A stretch of DNA of 63,311 bases from a virus. Its lineage: Duplodnaviria; Caudoviricetes. Positions 34,738 to 43,757 of the stretch are shown in pieces. Numbering within the stretch: the first letter of the stretch is position 1; each line of letters starts with the position of its first letter. The position numbers and the translations under genes are program-made. Under the pieces are notes generated by a model. It was not told the DNA's origin, searched no databases, and saw only the letters and a list, made by a program, of their open reading frames with translations. The stretch lies in the IMG/VR virus record IMGVR_UViG_3300017645_000202, positions 1-63,311 of that record; one strand, given 5' to 3'.

Positions 34738-34911
34738 ATGCGCACGGGTATGAGCGCTGAGGTAATCAAAGTGGGCAACGGTCCAAAAACATTCGCCGAG
34801 GAGCTTAACGAAGCAAGCTCCGACGGATGGCGCCTTCAATCTTGGAAGGTCATTCTCGAGCCAGGGTGCGGTTATATCTATTTCGCTGTGCTGGAGAGGG
34901 ACCCCAATTGA
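34738..34911 (+). CDS. Small DUF4177-like protein
   Basis: Hand translation ...EELNEASSDGWRLQ...FAVLER. Confidence 0.45.
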   Translation: MRTGMSAEVIKVGNGPKTFAEELNEASSDGWRLQSWKVILEPGCGYIYFAVLERDPN

Positions 34912-35029
34912 AGTTCTGTAATTTGACTGCCCTGATATGCCTATGTCGCGGCGCGACAGGCGGGAGCTGTGAGCTTCTGCTCATTTGCCGATCTCAGACC
35001 TGATCGTTGTCTAGAAAGCGGAGAGACCG

Positions 35030-35371
35030 GTGGCTGAAATTTGGAACCTAGTGCCATCAGAAGCGGTGACCAATGGTTCGATGACGCTTGCCAAAGGGCC
35101 CGATGGCGTCACCTTGCACCTTAGGACCGCTGAACAGGGATGGGTTTTGATCCGTTGCACGGATCTAGAGGCAGTCCGCATTGGTGCGATGATCATCAGC
35201 AGCGTAGGAGACCACGTCCAACAGCGGGCGCGCCTAATTAAAGAGGCCCGTTCATGGTTGCGCTGGGCGAATAGCCTAACAACTGACAGTGAGGCGGGCG
35301 CCGGCGATGTTCGCCGGTTCGCAGAGGCGGTGCTCACTATTCTAAATGTCGAAACCGCTGAGGCAGATTAG
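35030..35371 (+). CDS. Hypothetical protein
   Basis: GGAG RBS, GTG start. Confidence 0.5.
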   Translation: MAEIWNLVPSEAVTNGSMTLAKGPDGVTLHLRTAEQGWVLIRCTDLEAVRIGAMIISSVGDHVQQRARLIKEARSWLRWANSLTTDSEAGAGDVRRFAEAVLTILNVETAEAD

Positions 35372-35420
35372 GCTGGATGCGTGGCAAACGGGGTGATGTA
35401 CCGATTGAAGGTTCCCTAAC

Positions 35421-35642
35421 ATGACGACCTATCTCGTAATTGGTTTCATCCCCGAGGAGAGCAACAGGCTATCCGGCCTTCAAATTCCGGTACTTGAAGA
35501 CTCCGGTGGGGTGCATACGCCATTGCGACAGGACGGCTATTATGGATCTGTCGAGAGTGCGCGTGGGCTCGCTGAGCTCTGGCGGGAAAACAAAGTCCAT
35601 CCTAGAGAGTGCGTGGCGGTGGTTAAGGTCGTAGACGAGTAG
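35421..35642 (+). CDS. Hypothetical protein
   Basis: Short ORF in the lower-GC moron region. Confidence 0.45.
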   Translation: MTTYLVIGFIPEESNRLSGLQIPVLEDSGGVHTPLRQDGYYGSVESARGLAELWRENKVHPRECVAVVKVVDE

Positions 35643-35745
35643 TGCTCGCGAGCGTTTTACGCGAGTGAGCGCGGAAGCGCTATCTGGGATGCCGTGCGAT
35701 TACACGCCCTGGACCCATTGGCTTAGCATCGAAGTCCCTCTGCAC

Positions 35746-36036
35746 TTACTCGGCCGCCGGCTTTGTTGACAGCCGAATGCCGAGCGCCTTCAACACGCCT
35801 AGCAACGTGCTGAGCCGGGGGTCGCCATCCTCGCTGAGAGCCTTATAGAGCGCCTCGCGGGTGACGCCGGCCTCTCTGGCAATCGCCGTCATTCCGCGTG
35901 CGCGGGCGACGACGCCAAGCGCGTTCTTGATGATGGCGGGGTCGCCGTCCTCGAATGCGGCCTCAATGTAGGCCACCACATCCTCCGCGGTTTCGAGGTA
36001 TTCGGCGGCGTCATATCTTGTCGTCTTGATAGGCAT
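35746..36036 (-). CDS. Addiction-module antitoxin (HI1420 family HTH)
   Basis: YDAAEYL...ALGVVARARGMTAIAREAGVTREALYKALSEDGDPRLSTL. Confidence 0.92.
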   Translation of the reverse strand: MPIKTTRYDAAEYLETAEDVVAYIEAAFEDGDPAIIKNALGVVARARGMTAIAREAGVTREALYKALSEDGDPRLSTLLGVLKALGIRLSTKPAAE

Positions 36037-36326
36037 CACTCTAACTCCTCGGCCATCTTGATAGCCTTTTTAATGTCCTTCGATTGGGTGGACTTGTCGC
36101 CCCCGCAGAGCAGAACCACCACGGTGGCGCCCTGCTTGCGGATGTAAACCCGATAACCGGGGCCATAGTCGACGCGTAGCTCGCCGATGCCGTCAAAGAA
36201 TTTCGCGTCGCCGAACAGGCCGAGTGCGAGACGCTCGAGGCGGATCTGAATGCGAGCGCGGGCCCGAACGTCTTTCAGGCTGCGGAGCCATTCGGCGAAT
36301 TCGGATGTTTGGCGAACTTCGATCAT
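36036..36326 (-). CDS. RelE/ParE-like addiction-module toxin (HI1419 family)
   Basis: FAEWL..LKD..ARARI..RLERL..G.FGD, ELRVDYGPGYRVY, LLCGGDKSTQ. Confidence 0.92.
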   Translation of the reverse strand: MIEVRQTSEFAEWLRSLKDVRARARIQIRLERLALGLFGDAKFFDGIGELRVDYGPGYRVYIRKQGATVVVLLCGGDKSTQSKDIKKAIKMAEELE

Positions 36327-36330
36327 GTGA

Positions 36331-36375
36331 GAACTATAGTTCACGCCACCAAGACAGCCAACTATAATTCACGCC
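36331..36375. promoter_or_regulatory. Toxin-antitoxin operator pair
   Basis: Palindrome GAACTATAGTTC; direct repeat AACTATA(G/A)TTCACGCC at 36332 and 36360. Confidence 0.65.
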
Positions 36376-36836
36376 GACCTCCGTTCATGCCGCAAAATCG
36401 GAACGCGTCGGAAAACTGAAAATATAGGTTTACACTTAGGCCCGAATCACGCGAATCAATGGATAGTCTCAGACGAGACGTGCGCCCGCAGGTGAAAACC
36501 CGCGGGCTTTTTCGTTTCTGACGGCACGCGGGTGATGCAGCCAAGCGCGGCGATGACCACCGAACGCGGCCACGAAATCAAGCACCGGGGTGAATTCCCC
36601 GGTGGTCGGTGCGGTGATGCAAGGGGGGCGGCTGAGCCGCTTCTGACCGATCTAGAGCCGAATACCAGAGCGAGCGACGAACCCGCACCGGCTGCCGCGT
36701 CAGGCTACGTTGGGCAGCCGGTGGGCGGGAGATGGGCGGACATGGCCATGCACGTCGAAGACGCCGTCGTTCTCTTTATCGTAGCGCTGAACGCCAGCGC
36801 CTTCGCTGCGTTCATTGTCGCCTCGCTGCTCGTGCA

Positions 36837-36995
36837 GTGAAACAGCAGCACATCGACTACATTGCCGAAATCGTCGCCGAGCTGGAGCTGATAGCCATCA
36901 AGGCAGGATGCCAGCGGCTCGCCACGATACTGCGCTTTGCGCACGCCGAGGCTCGGCGTCAGCGCGACGGCGCGAAAGATCATCCACCGGCCTGA
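36837..36995 (+). CDS. Small helical hypothetical protein
   Basis: VKQQHIDYIAEIVAELELIAIKAGCQRLATILRFAHAEA. Confidence 0.5.
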   Translation: MKQQHIDYIAEIVAELELIAIKAGCQRLATILRFAHAEARRQRDGAKDHPPA

Positions 36996-37063
36996 TCCAG
37001 GCAGGCAACAACACCGAACATCCGTTTCGCACAGTGGCCATACGCCAGCGAAGACGGCCGGAG

Positions 37064-37330
37064 ATGATTACGACGGTGATGATGACACAGGTACCGAGCC
37101 CCATACCGCCGAAGCCGCCTCCTTTACGCCAAGAGCGCGCTGGGTTTGGCGTCCGTGACTTGTTCGTCGGCGCGGCGGCAGCTGCCGTGGCGTTCGCTTG
37201 GTCGATAGCGATCTATAACATCGGGTGGCGCGAAGGTGCCTATGTGGGCTGCCGATTTTCATGGTCGACGGTTGAGGTGGCGCCAGCTGTGTGGGAGCAC
37301 TGTCAGCGCCGGTACGATCTGGGGCGCTGA
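37064..37330 (+). CDS. Small membrane protein
   Basis: GGAG RBS; LFVGAAAAAVAFAWSIAIY TM segment. Confidence 0.5.
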   Translation: MITTVMMTQVPSPIPPKPPPLRQERAGFGVRDLFVGAAAAAVAFAWSIAIYNIGWREGAYVGCRFSWSTVEVAPAVWEHCQRRYDLGR

Positions 37331-37333
37331 GCA

Positions 37334-37699
37334 GTGGCGCCGAAGCTAAGAACGCTGCCTGCTCGTGTAGCGACTATGGCGCCGCGGCTCGGCTACGCCA
37401 AGGACGACGCGGCGGCGACCAGTCGCTATCGACGGAACAATCACCCGTCGAAGGCTTGGTACAACACGGCGTGGTGGCTGAAGACGCGCCAGCGCATCCT
37501 GGCGCGTGATCTCTACACTTGCCAGAGTTGCGGCGTGCTGGTGGCTGGCAAGGGCGAGGCGCACATCGACCACGTTGCCCCTCACAACGAGGATCGGTCG
37601 CTGTTCTTCTGTGAAGATAGCGGGCTGCAGACGCTCTGCCAGCACTGTCACAACAGCAAGAAACAATCCGAGGAGCGGCGCTCCGCCGGCTGCCGGTGA
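37334..37699 (+). CDS. HNH endonuclease (packaging cofactor, HK97 gp74-like)
   Basis: RDLYTCQSCG, IDHVAPH, LQTLCQHCHNSKK; directly upstream of terS. Confidence 0.9.
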   Translation: MAPKLRTLPARVATMAPRLGYAKDDAAATSRYRRNNHPSKAWYNTAWWLKTRQRILARDLYTCQSCGVLVAGKGEAHIDHVAPHNEDRSLFFCEDSGLQTLCQHCHNSKKQSEERRSAGCR

Positions 37700-37707
37700 C
37701 GCTTGGT

Positions 37708-37821
37708 GCCGGGGGGGGTACGCATAAAATCGCGAGAGGCGCGAGCCGGAAGACCGGCGCCCCCCGCACGCAGAGATTTTTTCCGTTTTGGAGGTTCGCA
37801 GGTGCGAACCTGGCGCGAACC
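37708..37821. other. Probable cos/packaging region
   Basis: Between HNH and terS: G8 run, CCCCCC tract, GAGATTTTTT, inverted repeat GGTTCGCA-GG-TGCGAACC. Confidence 0.55.
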
Positions 37822-37822
37822 G

Positions 37823-38356
37823 ATGGCCAAAAAAGACAAACCAATTGACTGGGTTGGCATAGAAAACGACTTCACGGCCGGACGTATGAGCGTACGAGAA
37901 ATTGCACGCTGGTATGGGATTTCCGAAGCGGCGATCCGCAAGAAAGCCAAGAAGACGGGTTGGGTTCGGAAGGCTACTCCCGGCCACATCGAACGCGAGC
38001 CCATCGTGGTTCGCACGACGCCCCCTGCGACGCAGCCGAAGGACCTCGCCGACCGGGCCCGGGTGCTCGCAGGCCGGATGATGGACGAACTCGACGCCGT
38101 CACATCGCTGCACGGTGAACTCGAGGACATGATATGTCAGGAAGAGAGCGACCCGCGCCGCCGCCAGGCGCTGTTGAAAGCGATCTCGCTCGGTGAGCGC
38201 GCGAAGACGCTCAAGGACCTCGGTCTGACACTGAAGACGCTCGCCGATGCGGTGCCCGAGGGCAAGAAGGCGCAGAAGCAAGCCGATGCCGAACAGATGG
38301 CAGCGCCGGGCGGTCGTTATGCGCCGCGTCCTGGGCCTAGGCCCGCGGTCAACTGA
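37823..38356 (+). CDS. terS: Terminase small subunit
   Basis: IDWVGIENDFTAG.MSVREIARWYGISEAAIRKKAKK HTH; directly upstream of terL. Confidence 0.85.
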   Translation: MAKKDKPIDWVGIENDFTAGRMSVREIARWYGISEAAIRKKAKKTGWVRKATPGHIEREPIVVRTTPPATQPKDLADRARVLAGRMMDELDAVTSLHGELEDMICQEESDPRRRQALLKAISLGERAKTLKDLGLTLKTLADAVPEGKKAQKQADAEQMAAPGGRYAPRPGPRPAVN

Positions 38357-40032
38357 TGCTGAGTTGGTCGACGGCGTGCCTTGACTGGGAAAGGCGCATC
38401 GTCGCTGGCCAAAGCCTGATTCCGTTCGCTCCGCTGTACGCCAGCGAGGCGGAGTACGCTTTGAGCGTCTTCAAGTCGCTCCGAGTCGTGGACGTCCCCG
38501 GCCAGCCGACCTTCGGCGAGTGCTGCGAGCAGTGGGTGTTCGACTTCGTCGCAGCGATCTTCGGGGCCAACTCGCCTGAGACTGGCGAGCAGCTGATCAG
38601 CGAATTCTTCCTGCTGATCTCGAAGAAGAATTCCAAGAGCACGATCGCCGCCGGCATCATGCTAACGGCCTTGATCGTCAACTGGCGCCACAACGAAGAA
38701 TTGCTCATCCTAGCGCCGACAATCGAGGTGGCGCAGAACAGCTACAAGCCGGCTGCCGCCATGGTGCGCGCGGATCCGGAACTCGAAGTTCTCCTGCATG
38801 TGCAGGATCATCTCCGGACCATTACGCATCGCACCACCAAGGCGGCGCTGAAGGTGGTTGCCGCCGATACGGAGACGGTATCAGGCAAGAAGTCTGGTCG
38901 CATCCTGATCGACGAGCTGTGGGTGTTCGGCAAGCGCAAGCACGCCGACGCGATGCTGCGGGAAGCAACCGGCGGGCTCGTTTCACGGCCAGAGGGGTTT
39001 GTCATCTTCCTCTCAACGCAGAGTGATGAGCCGCCAGCGGGGGTGTTCAAGGCCAAGCTGGATTACGCCCGCGATGTGCGCGACGGGAGGATTCAGGACA
39101 ACCGCTTCCTGCCCGTCCTCTACGAGTATCCGAAGGGGATGATCAAGGCGCAGGCCTACCTGAAGCCTGAAAACCTCTATGTCACCAATCCAAACCTCGG
39201 CCGCTCGGTGCGGCAAGATTGGCTCGAAGCGGAACTTCGCAAGGAGCTGGCCAAGGGGCCGGAGACGCGCAACGTCTTCCTTGCCAAGCATCTCAACGTC
39301 GAGATCGGGCAGAACCTGCGCGCCAACCGCTGGCCTGGGGCGGAATTCTGGCCGCGCCGTGTTTACGAGGGACTGACCCTCGAGCTGCTGCTGTCGCTGA
39401 GTGAGGTTGTCGTTGCCGGCATCGACGGCGGCGGTCTGGATGACCTTTACGGCTTCTCGGTCATTGGACGGCACCGGGAAACCAAAGAGTGGCTGGTGTG
39501 GTGCCACGCCTGGTGCCACGCCGGCGTGCTCGATCGGCGGCAATCGATCGCGACGCAGCTCAGTGACTTTGCGCAGGCCGGCGATCTCACCATCGTCAGC
39601 GATGAGCTGGATGACATCGAACAGATCGTCGAGATCATCGACGACATCAATCAGCGCGGGCTGCTGGCGGCAGTGGCTGTCGACCCGGCTGGCCTGGGCG
39701 AGATGATCGATGCCCTGGCTGGCATCGGCGTCAAGCCGGAGGCGGAAAACCTTATCGGCGCACCGCAGGGCTACGCCATGATGAACGCCATCAAGACGGC
39801 AGAGCGCAAGCTGGCAAATGGCACGATGCGGCACGACGGCTCCGCCATGATGGCGTGGTGCGTCGGCAATCTGAAGATTGAGCCAACCGCCACTGCCATT
39901 CGAGCCAGCAAGCAGTCAGCCGGCGACGCCAAGATCGATCCAGTGATGGCAATGTTCGACGCCGTCACCGTAATGGCACGCAATCCGGAACCGAAGCGCA
40001 AAGCAACGTTCCAGATGATGATCTACGGCTGA
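38356..40032 (+). CDS. terL: Terminase large subunit (cos-type)
   Basis: ISKKNSKS Walker A variant, ILIDELW, GIDGGGLDD, KIDPVMA. Confidence 0.95.
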   Translation: MLSWSTACLDWERRIVAGQSLIPFAPLYASEAEYALSVFKSLRVVDVPGQPTFGECCEQWVFDFVAAIFGANSPETGEQLISEFFLLISKKNSKSTIAAGIMLTALIVNWRHNEELLILAPTIEVAQNSYKPAAAMVRADPELEVLLHVQDHLRTITHRTTKAALKVVAADTETVSGKKSGRILIDELWVFGKRKHADAMLREATGGLVSRPEGFVIFLSTQSDEPPAGVFKAKLDYARDVRDGRIQDNRFLPVLYEYPKGMIKAQAYLKPENLYVTNPNLGRSVRQDWLEAELRKELAKGPETRNVFLAKHLNVEIGQNLRANRWPGAEFWPRRVYEGLTLELLLSLSEVVVAGIDGGGLDDLYGFSVIGRHRETKEWLVWCHAWCHAGVLDRRQSIATQLSDFAQAGDLTIVSDELDDIEQIVEIIDDINQRGLLAAVAVDPAGLGEMIDALAGIGVKPEAENLIGAPQGYAMMNAIKTAERKLANGTMRHDGSAMMAWCVGNLKIEPTATAIRASKQSAGDAKIDPVMAMFDAVTVMARNPEPKRKATFQMMIYG

Positions 40033-40077
40033 TCGCCGTCCAACCAACCCGACAACGCATCGCAATGGAGGTCCGTC

Positions 40078-40728
40078 ATGGAAATGACGCGACGCGCTTA
40101 CTCGCTGCTCGATATCAAGGCGGTGAACGAGGACAGGCGCATCATCCGCGGTGTCGCCACCACGCCGGCCGTGGACCGCGTCGGCGACATCGTCGAGCCG
40201 CTAGGCGTCAAGTTCAAGAACCCGCTGCCGTTCCTCTGGCAGCATCGGCACGACAAGCCGATCGGAACGGTGAAGTTCGACAAGCCAACGAAGGACGGCA
40301 TCACCTTCGAGGCCGAAATTCCCATCGTCCAGGAGCTGGGGACGCTGAAGGATCGCGTCGATGAGGCGTGGCAGTCCATCCGCATCGGTCTCGTGCGCGC
40401 CGTCAGCATCGGGTTCCGGGTTATCGAATACGCGTTCATGGACGAGACGCACGGCATCCGGTTCATCGAGACTGAGGTGTTCGAACTCTCCGCCGTCACG
40501 ATTCCAGCCAACGCAGAGGCGGTCATCACGTCGAAGAACTTCGACTCCAAGGCGGTCGCTCTCATCAAATCATTCGACGTCGGGGCGCCTGCCGCTGCTG
40601 ACGGCAACCCAATCCAGCCGCCCAATGCGCCTGCCGCGATCGGCAAGAAGGCGCGTGTGGTCCGGCTCGATGCCCCCGCCCGCGATCGGGCAGAACCTTT
40701 CATAATTCGCTCGATCAAGAGGATATGA
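40078..40728 (+). CDS. HK97-type prohead protease
   Basis: DRVGDIVEP, LWQH...PIG, VSIGF, ELSAVTIPAN. Confidence 0.93.
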   Translation: MEMTRRAYSLLDIKAVNEDRRIIRGVATTPAVDRVGDIVEPLGVKFKNPLPFLWQHRHDKPIGTVKFDKPTKDGITFEAEIPIVQELGTLKDRVDEAWQSIRIGLVRAVSIGFRVIEYAFMDETHGIRFIETEVFELSAVTIPANAEAVITSKNFDSKAVALIKSFDVGAPAAADGNPIQPPNAPAAIGKKARVVRLDAPARDRAEPFIIRSIKRI

Positions 40729-42104
40729 CCATGAGCAAGTATGCAGAACAGATTGCTGCCTTCGAGCAGAAGCGGGCAGCCACGATCGCCGCCAACGAGG
40801 CCATCATGGCCAAGGCGGCCGAGGATGGCAGCACGCTTGACGCGGAGCAGAAGGAAGCCTTCGACGGCAACGAAGCCGATATCGTCGCCATCGACGATCA
40901 CCTGAAGCGCCTGCGCGCCATGGAAAAGGCGTCGGCCGCCACGGCCAAGCCGATTGCGGGGCAGACGCAGAAGGAAGGCTCTGCCGCTCGCGGCACCGGC
41001 CCGATCATCCTGCAGAAGGGCGACAAGGACGAGGCGTTCCCGGGCCAGAATTACACGCGCATGGTCATCGCCAAGACGCTGGCGCGCATCGACGACGTGT
41101 CAGCAGTCGGCATCGCTCACAAGCGTTGGGGGCAGAGCAACCCGAACCTCGTCGGTAGTATCAAGGCGGCGGTCGCCGGTGGCAGCACCGAGGCGGGAGA
41201 GTGGGGTGCTGAGCTGGTCCATATCGACCGGTATACGGCCGACTTCATCGAGTACCTCTACAGCCGCACGGTTTTCGACAAGCTTCCCCTGCGCGAGGTC
41301 CCGGCCAACGTGAACATCGCGGGCCAGGACGGCGCAGCCACTGGCTACTGGGTGGGGCAATCGAAGTCGATTCCGCTCAGCAAGGCCGATTTCATGGACG
41401 TGAACCTCACGCCCCTGAAGGTCGCGGCTCTGGCCGTTGTCTCGAAAGAATTGCTGCGCGATTCGTCGCCGGCAGCTGAGAAGCTCGTGCGCGACGCTCT
41501 CGTGGAGGCGTCTGCTCAGCGTGTCGACCAGACGTTCCTGGGGACGGCGGCGGCGTCGGCTGGCGTATCGCCTGCAGGTATCCTCAATGGTGTCTCGGCT
41601 GGGTCGAGCGCGGGCGCGGACATCGACGGTGTCATCGCCGATGTGAAGGCGCTGTATGCCTCGTTCATCGCAGCGAACAATGCCGACGGGCTGCAGTTCG
41701 TCACGACGCAGTCGCTGTCTAAGGCACTCGGGCTGATGCAGAATGCCCTCGGCAACTGGGCATTTCCTGGTATCTCGGCCAACGGCGGTTCGCTGCTCGG
41801 AGATCCGCTGGTTGCCGGCGGAAACGTGGGGGCGGGTGATCTCATCCTGCTGAAGCCGTCGGACATCTACAAGATCGGCGATCGCGGCGTCGAGGTGTCG
41901 TTATCAACCGAGGCGGCTCTCCAGATGGACAATGCTCCGGACGGGGCATCCGACACGCCGACGGCGAACACCAGCGTCGTCTCGATGTTCCAGACGGACT
42001 CGGTGGCGATCAAGGTCGTGCGGCCGCTCAACTTCGCCAAGCGCCGTGCCTCGGCCGTCGCCTTCATCGGCGACGCCAACTACGGCGCCGTCACCGGCTC
42101 GTAG
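40725..42104 (+). CDS. Major capsid protein (HK97 fold with N-terminal delta domain)
   Basis: Coiled-coil N-terminus, YWVGQ..SIP, KVAAL...SKELLRDS, SMFQTDSVAIK. Confidence 0.93.
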   Translation: MTMSKYAEQIAAFEQKRAATIAANEAIMAKAAEDGSTLDAEQKEAFDGNEADIVAIDDHLKRLRAMEKASAATAKPIAGQTQKEGSAARGTGPIILQKGDKDEAFPGQNYTRMVIAKTLARIDDVSAVGIAHKRWGQSNPNLVGSIKAAVAGGSTEAGEWGAELVHIDRYTADFIEYLYSRTVFDKLPLREVPANVNIAGQDGAATGYWVGQSKSIPLSKADFMDVNLTPLKVAALAVVSKELLRDSSPAAEKLVRDALVEASAQRVDQTFLGTAAASAGVSPAGILNGVSAGSSAGADIDGVIADVKALYASFIAANNADGLQFVTTQSLSKALGLMQNALGNWAFPGISANGGSLLGDPLVAGGNVGAGDLILLKPSDIYKIGDRGVEVSLSTEAALQMDNAPDGASDTPTANTSVVSMFQTDSVAIKVVRPLNFAKRRASAVAFIGDANYGAVTGS

Positions 42105-42131
42105 GCCCGGCACGCTCAGCGCGAACAAAGG

Positions 42132-42155
42132 AGCGAGGCGGTTCGCCGCCTCGCT
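42132..42155 (+). terminator. Stable hairpin after the capsid gene
   Basis: AGCGAGGCGG-TTCG-CCGCCTCGCT; no U tract. Confidence 0.5.
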
Positions 42156-42179
42156 TCCAGCCAACCCGAGGGACAGACC

Positions 42180-42551
42180 ATGAAGCGCATGCTGATCGCA
42201 ACCCGGCCACTTACCTACGGGACACGCCGACTGAAAGCGGGGGATGAGTTCGAGGCATCACGCGCGCATGCGCGCGTCCTGGTCGCGATCAAGAAAGCAT
42301 CTCCGGTACGCGATCGGGTCGATATCGCCCCCCCGCCCATGAAGATCGCGCAGAAGATTCAAGAGAGCGTCGCAACTGCGGCAGCGCTCGATCACGACGG
42401 CGACGGTCGCCCGGGAGGCAGTATTGCCCCGGAGCAGACTGACGTCCTGAAAACGTTGCGGGCCGAATACAAGGAAGTGCTCGGCAAAAACCCGTTCCCC
42501 GGCTGGAGCGCTGACGTGTTGCGCGAGAAGATCGCCGCGGCCCGCGCGTGA
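42180..42551 (+). CDS. Head-associated hypothetical protein
   Basis: YGTRRLKAGDEF N-terminus; LRAEY...GW.ADVLREKI helical C-domain. Confidence 0.75.
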   Translation: MKRMLIATRPLTYGTRRLKAGDEFEASRAHARVLVAIKKASPVRDRVDIAPPPMKIAQKIQESVATAAALDHDGDGRPGGSIAPEQTDVLKTLRAEYKEVLGKNPFPGWSADVLREKIAAARA

Positions 42552-42835
42552 TGTCGGAGGTCGGCATCACAAATCTCGGGCCCGTGCCGGAAGGAATGAC
42601 GTTCCTGCAGGCGACCGACGCGGCCAAGGCGAAGCGCAAATACCGGATCAATCCAGAGCACCATTCCAAACGACTTACGCTCTGCGAAACGGCGCGGGAG
42701 ATCCATCGCATCGCCGCGCGCCTGCCGGAGCCGGACCGCAGCCGGCTGCAATTGCTGGCCGGCGCTGCCTTCGACTACGGCAAGCGCATGGATGCGCGGA
42801 TGAAAGAACTCAAGGCCATGCACGCCGATGACTGA
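42551..42835 (+). CDS. Hypothetical protein
   Basis: Coupled ORF in the head module. Confidence 0.65.
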   Translation: MSEVGITNLGPVPEGMTFLQATDAAKAKRKYRINPEHHSKRLTLCETAREIHRIAARLPEPDRSRLQLLAGAAFDYGKRMDARMKELKAMHADD

Positions 42836-43757
42836 GCCGCTTCGCGTCCTCACCTGGCTCTGGCAACAGCCGAGCGGGCGTACCAGCTATCAGCCATGGC
42901 ACGTGCGGGTGTGGGCGGCGATGGTGCGCCGTCATCTGTCGCTACCGCATACCCTGGCGGTGGTGACCGATGTACCGGGCGACTATGGCGACGTGCAGGT
43001 GATTGCCCCGCCGCGCGACTTCGAGGACGTGCGCATCCCTACCTGGGGCGAGCGCATGCCGCAATGCCTGCGGCGGTTGGCAATGTTCCGGCCGGACGCA
43101 GCCGAGATCTTCGGCGCAGAGCGGTTTGTTTCGATGGACCTCGATTGCGTCATCAGCGGCCTGCTCGATCCCTTGTTCGATCGCGACGAAGACGCTGTGT
43201 TCTATCGCGGGACTACTCAGTCGCGGCCGTACAACGGCAGCATGACCATGCTGCGCGCTGGATGCCGCCCGCAGGTCTACACGGAGTTCACACCGGACCG
43301 CGCCGTTGAAGCCGGCCAAAAATATCTCGGCTCCGACCAAGCGTGGGTGTCATATATCCTCGGCCCTGGCGAAGCCGTCTGGGATGCACGTGACGGCGTG
43401 CATGCATGGGGCAGTCGCCGCAACGTCGGTGACCCGCGCGTGACGTTCTTCCTGCAGCCGGAAAAGCCGTGGGATTTCGTGGCGATGGGGGAGCGGTTCG
43501 TGATGGACCACTATCGCGGATCGCACGAGGGCAGGTGCCTGGTGCTCGGCTACGCGTCCTGCGTGTGGGACGATCTCGACATCGCACTGTCGCGCGGAAG
43601 CTTCGACGCGGTGATCGCCTCCCCGGAGGCGGCCGCACATTGGCCCGGTGACATTCTTGCGGTAGCGCGCGACGACGAGCATGCCGCGCGGCTCGCGCGC
43701 CTGCATGGGTTCAGCGACGTGATCTGGTGCGGACGGTCGGCGAGGGCGGCAGCATGA
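42828..43757 (+). CDS. GT-A-like glycosyltransferase
   Basis: MVRRHL..PH...VVTD, RRLAMF, FVSMDLDCVI (DxD), YNGSM, GSDQAWV, KPW. Confidence 0.78.
   Translation: MTEPLRVLTWLWQQPSGRTSYQPWHVRVWAAMVRRHLSLPHTLAVVTDVPGDYGDVQVIAPPRDFEDVRIPTWGERMPQCLRRLAMFRPDAAEIFGAERFVSMDLDCVISGLLDPLFDRDEDAVFYRGTTQSRPYNGSMTMLRAGCRPQVYTEFTPDRAVEAGQKYLGSDQAWVSYILGPGEAVWDARDGVHAWGSRRNVGDPRVTFFLQPEKPWDFVAMGERFVMDHYRGSHEGRCLVLGYASCVWDDLDIALSRGSFDAVIASPEAAAHWPGDILAVARDDEHAARLARLHGFSDVIWCGRSARAAA

Noticed and set aside
26930-36500. IS element or transposase in the lower-GC accessory region
   Set aside because: No DDE or HUH transposase motifs or terminal inverted repeats were recognised.
36532-36840. 102-aa ORF before the packaging module
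   Set aside because: No RBS or motif support for most of its length; only the hydrophobic last ~35 codons might be a real peptide, so it was not called.
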